From the NCBI GenBank assembly GCA_963765675.1, contig CAVXXK010000003.1:538136-602135 (forward strand): 64,000 nt of DNA. Reading direction: 5' to 3'. How positions within the stretch are numbered: position 1 is the stretch's first letter; each line of letters begins with the position of its first letter. Made by a program: the position numbers and the translations under genes. This document shows positions 20,045 through 29,203 of this stretch, in pieces. The notes beneath the pieces are model-generated. The model ran no database searches. It had not been told where the DNA came from and saw only the letters and a list, made by a program, of their open reading frames with translations. The stretch is from an uncultured delta proteobacterium. GTDB taxonomy: Bacteria; Desulfobacterota; Binatia; Binatales; Binataceae.

Positions 20045-20396
20045 TTTGCTAATCGAAACGCCGTTATAATGGTGGGTTCGTTTGGGCGATTTTCGGTTGA
20101 AGGAAAATTGGAATAGCTGGTAGACGCTGAATAATTTTGTCAGCTCGATTAGTTCGTTCGGGGTTCGCGCGAAATGCGAATCCAGTCATCTCTCGGCCGG
20201 AAACAAACGGGTTGGTTCGCGTTTTCCGAATCACAAGATTCAGATTTTGGTGACGCGGTTCCACATGGACATTATTGCATGAAATGGGAATCCGCATAAA
20301 GGCTGAACAGTTCAGCCATGAACAAATCTGGCAAAAAATCTAACGATCGTTAGGGTCGAGTTGCGCCCTCGCCCGCGTCTGGTCCCTCGCCCACAA

Positions 20397-20482
20397 GAGG
20401 GTGTCGATAAATGGCGAGTTCTTTTCCGTCATCCTTCGCCTGCGGCTCAGGATGACACCAACGGAGCGTCTGCGAGAAAATC
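20397..20482. repeat. MITE/REP-like element end (family B) with internal GTCATCCT...AGGATGAC palindrome
   Basis: 20397-20435 matches 45660-45698 at 35/39 nt; both are followed by GCGAGAAAATC. Confidence 0.65.
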
Positions 20483-20589
20483 ATCAGCCGCCAGAATGGA
20501 TGAAGGTTGGGTGATGAACGGCGTGCGTCGCCGTACCTACGCGCGCAGCGGTCTCTCAAAAACTAAAGTGTCACTTTAATTCCACCAGG

Positions 20590-21264
20590 TCACTTCAATT
20601 CAACCAGCACCTGCCGGATGCGGCCCGCGCCGGAGTTGTGGAATTTGCGCCCTGCCCCGCGCGGATACCACGCGACGCTCCCCGCCGGCATGGCGGTGCG
20701 CTGCGCGCTGTCGCGCCCGGCGTCGGCGCGCTCGACGACTTCGAGCTCGCCGCCCTCGGCGACGTAGGCGACCGCGTCGTGCGAGTAGCGGCGCATCGCG
20801 CTCTCCGCGCCGGGAGCGAGCGTGATTTCGCTGACGCGGACGCGGTCGTTGTCGAGAATCGTGATCGTTCCCGGTTCCGGCTCGCGCCCCGCAACCGCTT
20901 CGCATCCGACGAAGCCCAGGCGCTCGGCGCCGCGCTTTGCGGGCCGCTTGAGCTCGAACAGCGCTTCATGAAAGCGCGTGGTGCCGACGTTGTGCGCGCT
21001 CTCGATACCGCCGGCCGGCACGAAGTAGGTCGCACGCGCGTGCAGCGGAAGGCCGCGCGGCTTCCCGCCCGGAGGATTCTCGCCGCGGCGCAGCGCGCCG
21101 ACCGACGCGCTCGACAGGATGAACAGCACGTAGTCGAGCGTATGGTGATGCAGCCCGCAGACCTCGCCCGGCTGCAGATCCATCTCCCACACGCGCACGT
21201 CGTCGTTCTCAAAAAGCGTGCGAGTCGCGACCGGTCCCAGTTGCTCGGCTTGTGCTGCGCCCAT
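20590..21264 (-). CDS. Tandem cupin-domain protein
   Basis: Two repeats: LFENDDVRVWEMDLQPGE..GLHHH and ILDNDRVRVSEITLAPGA; each ends H-N-x-G...ELK. Confidence 0.75.
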   Translation of the reverse strand: MGAAQAEQLGPVATRTLFENDDVRVWEMDLQPGEVCGLHHHTLDYVLFILSSASVGALRRGENPPGGKPRGLPLHARATYFVPAGGIESAHNVGTTRFHEALFELKRPAKRGAERLGFVGCEAVAGREPEPGTITILDNDRVRVSEITLAPGAESAMRRYSHDAVAYVAEGGELEVVERADAGRDSAQRTAMPAGSVAWYPRGAGRKFHNSGAGRIRQVLVELK

Positions 21265-21266
21265 CT

Positions 21267-21482
21267 CTATTGCTCCTCTTCATAGCATCCGCGGCCCGGG
21301 CCGCAGGAGTCTGTATCGGCAGGCTCGCCGTCGGGTCCGTACGGACGCTGAGTGTTCAGGCAGGTATAGCACGCGGTGGTGCTGTCGGGATCAAACATCC
21401 GCGCGCCCTCGGGAGTGCGATAGTACGCAGTCTTGGTGCGGAGCAGTCCGCAGAATTGGTGCGTCGCTATTGCGGTAGCCAT
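21267..21482 (-). CDS. Small Cys-rich hypothetical protein (71 aa, 5 Cys)
   Basis: GGAGG RBS within the end of the upstream gene; gaps of 5 and 2 nt to neighbours; C..LRTK..Y...CYTC..TQ...GPDG...C.PGRGCY. Confidence 0.75.
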   Translation of the reverse strand: MATAIATHQFCGLLRTKTAYYRTPEGARMFDPDSTTACYTCLNTQRPYGPDGEPADTDSCGPGRGCYEEEQ

Positions 21483-21487
21483 CGTGC

Positions 21488-22474
21488 TTACACCTCCGCG
21501 ACTCCGCCTGCGGCCAGGATTGCGCGGCGCACAATCACCTTCGCGATCGTGACCTTGTAGGCGTTATCCGACATCGGCTGTGCCGTCGCAAGGGCAGCGT
21601 CGGCGGCGGCGCGCGCGCGTGCGGCGTCCAGCGGAGCGCCGATGATCGCTTTCTCGGCATCCGGCGCGCGCCACGGAATCGGAGCGACGGCGCCCATCAC
21701 GATCCGCGCGTCGCGAACCGATTTGCCGTTTGGAACTATCACGACCGCGACGCTCGCCAGCGGCCAGTCGAAGCTCTGCTTCTCGCGCACTTCAAGGTAG
21801 GTGCTGCGAGTGCCGGACGCAGGCGCGGGCACGATAACCTCGGTGATTATCTCGCCGGCGCGCAAATCATTTTCGCGCTTCGGATCGACTTCGGGCAGCG
21901 TGAAGAATTTCTCGAGCGCGACTGTGCGCTCGCCCGCAGGCCCTGCTATTCGCGCGCTCGCACCGAACGCGACCAGCGCGGGCGCGAGGTTCGAGGGATG
22001 CACGATATACGACGGGCCGCCGCCGAGGATCGCGTGATAGCGATTGAGCCCGCCGATCGAGTAGCACTTGTCGCCGCCTTTTTTGAGGCAGACCGTCAGC
22101 GGATTGCGGAAATACCAGCATCGCGGACGCTGCAACAGATTTCCGCCGACGGTGCCGAGGTTGCGAATCTGCGGCGTGGCCGCTTCGCCGGCAGCGTCGG
22201 AGATCGCGGTGAAACGTTTTTGAATTTCGGGATTGGTCGCGACCTCGTGCAGTTTCACCAGCGCTCCCAGGCGCATCGAACCGTCAGGCTGAAACTTAAT
22301 TCCTTCAAGCTCCGGCAAACCCTTCAGATTGACCAGCGTGGTGGGACTGGCGATGTCCTGCTTCATCAGATCGACGACGTCGACTCCGCCGGCTATCGCT
22401 CCGTGATTCGGCGCGGCGAGCATCGCGCTCGCGTGCGCAAGATCGGCAGGTGTGACGATCGTGAACTTGTTCAT
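21488..22474 (-). CDS. Xanthine dehydrogenase-family FAD-binding subunit (PaoB/YagS-like)
   Basis: IAGGVD..DLMK, ATPQIRNLGTVGGNLLQRPRCWYFR...C.KKGG.KC Cys insertion, GAVAPIPWRA, DNAYKV. Confidence 0.9.
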   Translation of the reverse strand: MNKFTIVTPADLAHASAMLAAPNHGAIAGGVDVVDLMKQDIASPTTLVNLKGLPELEGIKFQPDGSMRLGALVKLHEVATNPEIQKRFTAISDAAGEAATPQIRNLGTVGGNLLQRPRCWYFRNPLTVCLKKGGDKCYSIGGLNRYHAILGGGPSYIVHPSNLAPALVAFGASARIAGPAGERTVALEKFFTLPEVDPKRENDLRAGEIITEVIVPAPASGTRSTYLEVREKQSFDWPLASVAVVIVPNGKSVRDARIVMGAVAPIPWRAPDAEKAIIGAPLDAARARAAADAALATAQPMSDNAYKVTIAKVIVRRAILAAGGVAEV

Positions 22475-24690
22475 CACGCATGCCCTACCGCGGCGAGAAT
22501 TTTGTCGGGCGTCAGCGGCAACTCGCGCATCGGAGCGCCCACCGCGTCGCTGACCGCGCACGCGACGGCAGCGGCGCTCGCGACGTGCGCAACCTCGCCG
22601 ATTCCGAGCACGCCGGTGTTGGTACCGCCATTCATCACGTCGAGGAACATCACGTCGATTCGCGGAACGTCGAGCGAGCCGACCATTTTGTAATCGTCCA
22701 TGGTCGGATTCATCATCAGGCCGAGATTCGGGTCCATCCGGCGGTCTTCAAACAGCGCAAATCCGATTCCCATCAGCACGCCGCCATTGATCTGGCTGCG
22801 CGAGGTCATTGGATCGATAATTGTGCCCGCATCATGCACCGCGACCACGCGCTTGACGCGCACCACACCGGTCTCGGTATCGACTTCGACCTCGGCGAAT
22901 TGGCATCCGGCCTGATCGGGCCGATAAGAGGCGTAGTTCGGAATCCGGTCGCCGCCGGCGGAAATTGAATCGCCGGGAATACGGCGGCACAGATCTTTGA
23001 ACGCGACTTTTCTTGACGGATCGAAGCGCACGCGAATTGTGCCGTCGCGCGCTTCGAGGTCCGATGGTTCCGCCCCGAGCATCGGCGCCGCCATCTTGAA
23101 CAGCTTGTCCTTCAGATGCGCCGCGGCCTGGCGGATCGCGGGCGTGTTCGAGGGCGAGCTCATGCTGCCGCCCGACGGCAGCGAGAACGGATAGCGCGTG
23201 TCGCCGATCTCGGTGGAAATCTGTGCGATCGGGAGGCCGAGCTCCTCGGCCGCAACGACGGCGAGCGCGGTCCGGGTGCCGGTGCCGATATCCTGCGTGC
23301 CGCAGCGAATCTCGACGCGGCCATCGCGATGCGCGATCGCTAGCGCTTCCGGCCCCGAGGCTCCGAGCGCGTGCCATGCGGCGCACGCGACGCCGGTTCC
23401 GCGGCGGAGGGGGCCGCCGGATTTTTTCGCGGCGCCGTCTTTTCGCGCTGCGCTGTCTGGGGTCCATCCAAAGGCGCGCGCGCCGAGTTCGAGCTCGATC
23501 GCGCGGACAGGATTGATATTGTTCGCGCGGCGGAACTCCAGCCGATCGATCCCGGCCTTGCGCGCCATTTCGTCCATCGCCATTTCCAGCGCGAACGTGC
23601 CCTGCGGCCATCCGGGCGCTCGCATCGGCGACGACGGGCCGGTGTTCATATAGACGTTGGTTTCGGAAGTGCGAACGTTAGCACATGGATAGACCAGCTT
23701 GAATGGACCTGAGCTACCCGATCCGCCGCCGATTCCGCCGCTGCCGCGCTGTACGAGATCGATAGCGACCAGCTTGCCTTTCGCATCGGTGCCCATGCGG
23801 ACTTTCTGCTCGGAGCAGGGACGATTTCCCGTCGCCAGATGCTCGTCGCCGCGGGGCAGCATCAGCTTGACCGGCGCTCCCGATTCTTTGGCGAGGCGTG
23901 CGGCAATCACAATGTCCGGGGTCGCGCCGAATTTCGATCCGAAGCCGCCGCCGAGATACTCGCTGATCACGCGGACCTTGTCGGGCGCAAGATTGAACAG
24001 GACCGCAAGGTCGTCGCGCACTGAGAACACGCCCTGCGTCGAGCACCATACCGTGAGCGCGCCACCGTCGAATTGGGCGACCGCGCCGTGCGTTTCGAGC
24101 GAGACGTGCGTCTGCACCGGAGTCGTGTAGGTTGCCTCGATTCGATTCGCAGCCTGCGAGAGTCCATGCTCGACGTCGCCCTCGCTCGAGGTTTTTGCGG
24201 CACCCACGTTCGAGCCGCTGAATACGCTCGGCGCGCCGGCGGCGGCCGCGGCGTCCATCTCGACGACGAACGGCAGCGGGTCGTAGTCCACCTTGATCAG
24301 GCGAATCGCGTCGGCAGCGATATCGGAACTGGTGGCGGCGACGGCGGCGACCTCTTGTCCGGCAAAGCGAAGCTCACCCTCAGTGACCTGAAGCGCGGCG
24401 CGCACTCCGGCAAGGCGCTTCGCGGCAGAAAGATCGACGCTCTTCACGTGCGCTCGAGGATAGGGGCTTCGCAGAATCGCGCCGTAGAGCATCCCAGGGA
24501 GGGCGATATCGTAGGTGTAATGCGCGGTGCCGGTGGCTTTGGCGGGGCCATCAACCCGAGGAGTTTCTACGCCGACGATTGTGAATTTGTCGCCGAGCTG
24601 CCACGGGGTCGGCTCGTCGTCGGGAATCACGACGGTGACCTCGCGCGGCGCCTGAGGGATTCCGAGATTCACCGTCACGCGCCGCGACAT
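22474..24690 (-). CDS. Xanthine dehydrogenase-family molybdopterin-binding subunit (PaoC/YagR-like)
   Basis: RVDG..KATG.A.Y, GGGFGSK, MRAPG, QDIGTGT, EVEVD.ETG, SQINGG, GIGE. Confidence 0.92.
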   Translation of the reverse strand: MSRRVTVNLGIPQAPREVTVVIPDDEPTPWQLGDKFTIVGVETPRVDGPAKATGTAHYTYDIALPGMLYGAILRSPYPRAHVKSVDLSAAKRLAGVRAALQVTEGELRFAGQEVAAVAATSSDIAADAIRLIKVDYDPLPFVVEMDAAAAAGAPSVFSGSNVGAAKTSSEGDVEHGLSQAANRIEATYTTPVQTHVSLETHGAVAQFDGGALTVWCSTQGVFSVRDDLAVLFNLAPDKVRVISEYLGGGFGSKFGATPDIVIAARLAKESGAPVKLMLPRGDEHLATGNRPCSEQKVRMGTDAKGKLVAIDLVQRGSGGIGGGSGSSGPFKLVYPCANVRTSETNVYMNTGPSSPMRAPGWPQGTFALEMAMDEMARKAGIDRLEFRRANNINPVRAIELELGARAFGWTPDSAARKDGAAKKSGGPLRRGTGVACAAWHALGASGPEALAIAHRDGRVEIRCGTQDIGTGTRTALAVVAAEELGLPIAQISTEIGDTRYPFSLPSGGSMSSPSNTPAIRQAAAHLKDKLFKMAAPMLGAEPSDLEARDGTIRVRFDPSRKVAFKDLCRRIPGDSISAGGDRIPNYASYRPDQAGCQFAEVEVDTETGVVRVKRVVAVHDAGTIIDPMTSRSQINGGVLMGIGFALFEDRRMDPNLGLMMNPTMDDYKMVGSLDVPRIDVMFLDVMNGGTNTGVLGIGEVAHVASAAAVACAVSDAVGAPMRELPLTPDKILAAVGHA

Positions 24691-25361
24691 CACGCACTCC
24701 CCTTCGCGCCGCCGTTGGTGCGCGCGACGTGGAGCGCGGCCGCGAACACATGAGGATAAGTTCCGCAGCGGCAGATATTTCCCGCGACCGATTGACGGAT
24801 CGTGTCCAGTTCGGCGGCGGGATTTTGCTTGAGCGCCGCCGCGATCGACATCACCATCCCCGGCGTGCAGAATCCGCACTGCATCGCGTCGGCGTGCACG
24901 AACGCGTCCTGCACCGGATGCATCCGGTCAGGATTTCCGAGTCCTTCGATCGTCGTGACCTCGTGGCCGCGCGCGTCGACCGCCAGCATCATGCAGGACG
25001 TGACCGGCTGCCCGTCGAGATGAACAGTGCAGGCGCCACACGATCCGCGATCGCAGACCAGCTTGGTGCCGGTCATCCCCAGATGCTCGCGCAGGGCGCG
25101 GACCAGGGTCACGCGCGGCTCGACCGCGAGGTGGTGAGTGGCGCCATTTATTTTGAGCTCGATATCGACCGGTCCGGGACCGAGTTGTTCCGCGGCGCCT
25201 TCGGGAAGTGCTGGCGCGGACGCCTGGGCGTGCGTGAGATGACCGAGCGTGGCGACGGCAGCAACAGCGCCGGCGCTGGTAAGCGCGGCGCCCTTCAGGA
25301 AGGATCGGCGACTCAATGGCAGCTTGCGCGGATCTTTGTCTTTTCCGGATTTCGATTTCAT
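24690..25361 (-). CDS. Tat-exported (2Fe-2S) subunit (PaoA/YagT-like)
   Basis: SRRSFLK twin-arginine leader; GTKLVCDRGSCGACTV, QCGFCTPG, NICRCG. Confidence 0.92.
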   Translation of the reverse strand: MKSKSGKDKDPRKLPLSRRSFLKGAALTSAGAVAAVATLGHLTHAQASAPALPEGAAEQLGPGPVDIELKINGATHHLAVEPRVTLVRALREHLGMTGTKLVCDRGSCGACTVHLDGQPVTSCMMLAVDARGHEVTTIEGLGNPDRMHPVQDAFVHADAMQCGFCTPGMVMSIAAALKQNPAAELDTIRQSVAGNICRCGTYPHVFAAALHVARTNGGAKGSA

Positions 25362-25867
25362 TGAGGAGCCTCGCGCGGCGCGGGAGCGGCAATCGAGACC
25401 GCCATCGCGACGATCGCGAATATCGCGAGTCCGGCTATGAGCCCGAAGAAAAGTACCTTAAGAAAGTAAACGCCCGCGATCAGAAGCTTGTCAACGATCG
25501 AACTCATCGCATAGGTGTCAAACGAATTCGCTCCCGTCCATCCGAGCTGGCCGAGTGCCGCGCCGAGCCGCGCGAGCGGGATCAGCACGATCACGCCGGC
25601 GATCACGGAAATCGCCGCAGTGCGGCCGCGCAGCGCGGCGTCGTCGAGCAGTCGCGCGCCAATTCGAATCGCGATGAGCATTCCCAGCGCGGCCGCCGCA
25701 AAGATCATCAGCGCAAATTCGTGCTCGTTCCACCATCGTCCGAGCGGAGGATCCATGTATCGGACAACCAGGTGGGCGCCGCTGCCGTAGCTCAACGTCG
25801 AGATGATTCCGGCCACCAATGCGATGATGGTGAGCCATCGCAGCCATCTTTGGTAGGCCGGCTTCAT
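25358..25867 (-). CDS. Hypothetical integral membrane protein (about 4 TM)
   Basis: Four hydrophobic stretches; ATGA overlaps with both neighbours. Confidence 0.7.
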   Translation of the reverse strand: MKPAYQRWLRWLTIIALVAGIISTLSYGSGAHLVVRYMDPPLGRWWNEHEFALMIFAAAALGMLIAIRIGARLLDDAALRGRTAAISVIAGVIVLIPLARLGAALGQLGWTGANSFDTYAMSSIVDKLLIAGVYFLKVLFFGLIAGLAIFAIVAMAVSIAAPAPREAPQ

Positions 25868-26340
25868 CCGATCGCGATCGGTCCCGCGACGCGGGTCAGT
25901 CCCAGCGACAGGTAGACGATAAGGAGCACGATCATCCCCTGCGTGAGACCCACGCGGCGGAAGCGCGCCAGCAGAGGAGGCAGATCGGGCGCGGGGCCGT
26001 TTTCCGAGACGCGCCAGATTCGCGCACCGAGATTTGCGTACTGATAAATCGCAAGACCGATCACGATCACGACCAGGACCAGCTTGATCGCAAGCAGGAC
26101 GCTTATCGCGCCGATATACAGCACGTTGAGCATCCCGGTTGCGACCAGGATCACAAGCGCGCTCAGTACGATCACGCCCAGGCGCCGAACGACACGCCGC
26201 ACTACTTTGACTCGCGCGGCGGGCTCGAGCTCTCCGGCCAGGATCGGAGTGAGCGCAAAGGTGCTGAAGAGAGAACCGCCGAGCGCGACGATCACCGCGG
26301 TCACGTGGATGAATAAGATCAGTAGGCGCATGCTCAGCAT
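25864..26340 (-). CDS. CopD/DUF4149-like 4-TM membrane protein
   Basis: LFIHV.A...ALGGSLF in the first helix, LVATG, LAIKLVLV; family call tentative. Confidence 0.6.
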   Translation of the reverse strand: MLSMRLLILFIHVTAVIVALGGSLFSTFALTPILAGELEPAARVKVVRRVVRRLGVIVLSALVILVATGMLNVLYIGAISVLLAIKLVLVVIVIGLAIYQYANLGARIWRVSENGPAPDLPPLLARFRRVGLTQGMIVLLIVYLSLGLTRVAGPIAIG

Positions 26341-26352
26341 CGCGGACTTCGC

Positions 26353-27450
26353 TCAGAGATTGCGGCGGTAGGTGACAAAATTTCCCGAGATATGCGCGCC
26401 CAGGCTCTCCGCCGTTCGGCGCGAGGCCCAGTTGTCGTCGAGCACGAGAGTGTAGCCGGCGTAGCGCATCCGCTGCTCCGCCATCTTGAGGTACGAGCGC
26501 GACGCCATCGCAGTTGCGATTCCGCGGCCGCGCGCGCTTTCCTTCACGCCGATATTGATCAGCGCGCCGCGCGTGCCGCCGCCGCGATGCGGCTCCAGGC
26601 GGACGCCGCGCCTGACCTGCGCGAGCATCGGACTCAAATCCGGCACCGAGAACACCGCGCCGACCGCTTCATCGTCAATCTCGGCCAGCATCGAAAGGTC
26701 GGCCGCCGGGCTTTCCCACAGCGACATCAGCATCGGGCGCACTTCCGTCTTGGTGACGGGATTCCATCCCCAATGACGCGCGAAAGCGGCATTAGTCACT
26801 TCGGTCCAGGCGTCGATCGCGGCAAGAAATCCGAACTCGCGCCAGCTCTTGATCGTGACGCCTGCCGCGGCGGCTGCCGCAACCGATCGGCGATAGCGCT
26901 CGAGCAGCTCGGGACTCAACTCGGCTGTGTAATCGGTCTGCCCTTTCTCCGTTTCGAAGCCCGCGCGTTTGAAGCATCGATGGTAATACGGCGGATTGCC
27001 GCGGAGCAGAAAGGAAGGCAGCCGCCCGTATCCGTCGACGGCGTATGGATAATCAAGGAACGCGGCGAAGCCGCTGCGCGCCGCTTTCATCCCGCGTGCG
27101 CCGAGAGACTCCGCCGCGGCTTCGAGCATCGCAACGGCGGCATCCTCTTCGCCCTCGTAGGCTTCAAAATGGATTAGCTGTCCGAGCTGCTCGCCCCAGT
27201 GTTCGATATAGCGGCGATTAACGACCGCACTGACCCGCGCGACCATCCGCCCGCGCCGGCGCGCGCAAAATGCTTCCAGATCGAGGTAGGCCGCGAAATG
27301 CGTGCGGCGCGTGATCATGTCGATCTCGCTCTGAATATCGGGCGGCCACCATGCTTCGCGCGCCGCGTAAACATGATACGGCAGGCGCGCAAATTCCTCG
27401 CATCCATCGCGCGTGGCAACGCGCTCGATCGTTATCCCCGTGCCGTTCAT
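26353..27450 (-). CDS. Double-GNAT acyltransferase, YghO/bacterial ceramide-synthase(bCerS)-like
   Basis: LPY.VY....WWPP, VARVSAVVN, HFEA, VDGY...PSF....NPPYY.....AGF, AF..HWG..P, IGVK...RGRGIA, VLDDN. Confidence 0.7.
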   Translation of the reverse strand: MNGTGITIERVATRDGCEEFARLPYHVYAAREAWWPPDIQSEIDMITRRTHFAAYLDLEAFCARRRGRMVARVSAVVNRRYIEHWGEQLGQLIHFEAYEGEEDAAVAMLEAAAESLGARGMKAARSGFAAFLDYPYAVDGYGRLPSFLLRGNPPYYHRCFKRAGFETEKGQTDYTAELSPELLERYRRSVAAAAAAGVTIKSWREFGFLAAIDAWTEVTNAAFARHWGWNPVTKTEVRPMLMSLWESPAADLSMLAEIDDEAVGAVFSVPDLSPMLAQVRRGVRLEPHRGGGTRGALINIGVKESARGRGIATAMASRSYLKMAEQRMRYAGYTLVLDDNWASRRTAESLGAHISGNFVTYRRNL

Positions 27451-28322
27451 GAATCTCGCGCGGTGCGTCGGCGCCCCCGCGCGTCAAGCTTAGCACCGGT
27501 GCGCGCAGAATGAGCATCGGCGACAATCCCGTCGCGCAGCCATCGCGCGAGCATCGCATTGATCGCGGCAACCGGATCATGCTCCGGTGTCTTGCCGGCG
27601 AAGGCCGCGCAGATTGCGCCGAATGTCGCGCCGCGCCGAAGCTTCGCGATCGCACGCGCTTCGCAAGCGTCCAGCTCGCGAAAAAGGACTTTCGCCTCGC
27701 GCCGCCAAACCAGGATCGTGCTCAGACCTCGCGCGGGCGCCTTGAGCTTTCTTCCGGCCACGAACGTGCGCAGTGCGAGCGCGACTTGCCACTGCGTTTC
27801 GAGCACCTGCAATGCCGCGATCGCACGCATCCGTACGCTCGTCCACGCTTCGGGCGTGATCGCGCGCATCGTTTCGGCGTCGAGAGGCACAGTATCGCGA
27901 GCGCAGAAGACCTCGACGATCGCGCGCTCGAGCGCGGCAAGATCCGCGATATAAGGATACTCGCGGCGAATCGGATGCATACGCAGACAATCTGCGAGAT
28001 ATTTCCCCACCCAGAACACCGACGCCTCAGTTGGCGGATACTCAGTCAGATATCCAGTCACGAGATTGTGAAAATTGTCTTCTCCGAGCGCCGCGGCGAC
28101 CGCCGGGAAATCCTCTTTGAGGACCTCCAACAGGCGAAAGAAGTACATATTGGCGTAGATATCCAGTCGCTCGACGGCCGTCATGCGCGGATCGCCGCCG
28201 ATCACCGCGTCGAGTCCGCCGCGCGCAACGCCGCGCTCGTGCTCGAGACCTTCCGCTACGCCGCCGGGCACCGCGATAAGCCGATAGAGGAGAGCTTGAG
28301 TGTTCTTAAGCTGGAGCGGCAT
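27447..28322 (-). CDS. DUF2063 MNIO partner protein (BufC/HvfC-like)
   Basis: ERLDIYANMYFFRL.E.L.EDFP.V...LG..NF, Y....PP, DLA.LE; directly follows DUF692. Confidence 0.88.
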   Translation of the reverse strand: MPLQLKNTQALLYRLIAVPGGVAEGLEHERGVARGGLDAVIGGDPRMTAVERLDIYANMYFFRLLEVLKEDFPAVAAALGEDNFHNLVTGYLTEYPPTEASVFWVGKYLADCLRMHPIRREYPYIADLAALERAIVEVFCARDTVPLDAETMRAITPEAWTSVRMRAIAALQVLETQWQVALALRTFVAGRKLKAPARGLSTILVWRREAKVLFRELDACEARAIAKLRRGATFGAICAAFAGKTPEHDPVAAINAMLARWLRDGIVADAHSARTGAKLDARGRRRTARDS

Positions 28323-29169
28323 GAATCGTCGCGGATTTGGTATGCGCGGATTCGTAGATACGACGCGCACGCTCAGCGGCGGCGGCCAGCACCGGGAACG
28401 CCGGGATGTTATCGTCCCATTCGATCAAGGTTGATACCGCGCCGAAGCGGCGAACCGCGCGCTCGTATAGCATCCACACCTCATCGCGGATCGGATAGTC
28501 ATGCGTGTCGAGCAGGTAGTCGCCGTGGTCACTGTGGCCGGCGAGATGAAATTGCACGACCCGCTCGGACGGTATCGAGTCAATATACACTTCAGCGCGG
28601 AAGCGATGGTTGAATGCATTTACAAATATATTGTTGATATCGAGCAGAATTCCGCAGTCGGCTTCCTCGGCGACCGCGCGGATGAATTCCCACTCGGTCA
28701 TCGTCGAGTCGCGAAACGTAAGATAGCGCGACACGTTCTCGATCAGTATGTAGCGACCCAGGATGTCCTGCACTCGGCGGATTCGCGCGGCTACGTGGCG
28801 CACCGTTTCCTCGTTATGCGGAAGCGGCAGCAGGTCGTGCAGGCGATGCCCGCCCACGCCGCTCCAGCATAGATGGTCCGATATCCATGCGGGCGGGGTG
28901 CGGCGGGCGAGGGCGCGCAGGCCGCGAAGATATGGGAGATCAAGCGGGTCGGTCGAGCCGATCGACATCGACACTCCGTGCATCACGACCGGGTAGTGCG
29001 CGCACACGGCGTCGAGGACCTCGAGCGGACGGCCGCCGGCAACCATGAAGTTTTCCGAAATGACTTCGAACCAGTCGATCGCGGGATGTCGCTTCAGAAT
29101 ATGCACATAATGCGGCCGGCGCAGACCAACCCCGAAGCCCAGAAACGGAAAATCCTCGCGCTGAAACAT
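28306..29169 (-). CDS. DUF692 multinuclear non-heme iron oxidative enzyme (MNIO; BufB/HvfB-like)
   Basis: GVGLRRPHY, WFEVISENF, HGVSMSIG, SDHLCW, DLLPLP, ENVS.Y, LLDINN, HLAGH, DTH, EWD. Confidence 0.95.
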   Translation of the reverse strand: MFQREDFPFLGFGVGLRRPHYVHILKRHPAIDWFEVISENFMVAGGRPLEVLDAVCAHYPVVMHGVSMSIGSTDPLDLPYLRGLRALARRTPPAWISDHLCWSGVGGHRLHDLLPLPHNEETVRHVAARIRRVQDILGRYILIENVSRYLTFRDSTMTEWEFIRAVAEEADCGILLDINNIFVNAFNHRFRAEVYIDSIPSERVVQFHLAGHSDHGDYLLDTHDYPIRDEVWMLYERAVRRFGAVSTLIEWDDNIPAFPVLAAAAERARRIYESAHTKSATIHAAPA

Positions 29170-29203
29170 AAAGCCAAGCCGGCTACACGACGTCGAGCGA
29201 GTT

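Noticed and set aside
21488-25361. Aerobic CO dehydrogenase (Cu-Mo) as the partner of the Cu-binding RiPP
   Set aside because: The large subunit lacks the AYxCSFR/AYRGAGR CoxL loop (it has PMRAPG), and the small subunit has a Tat leader as in PaoA
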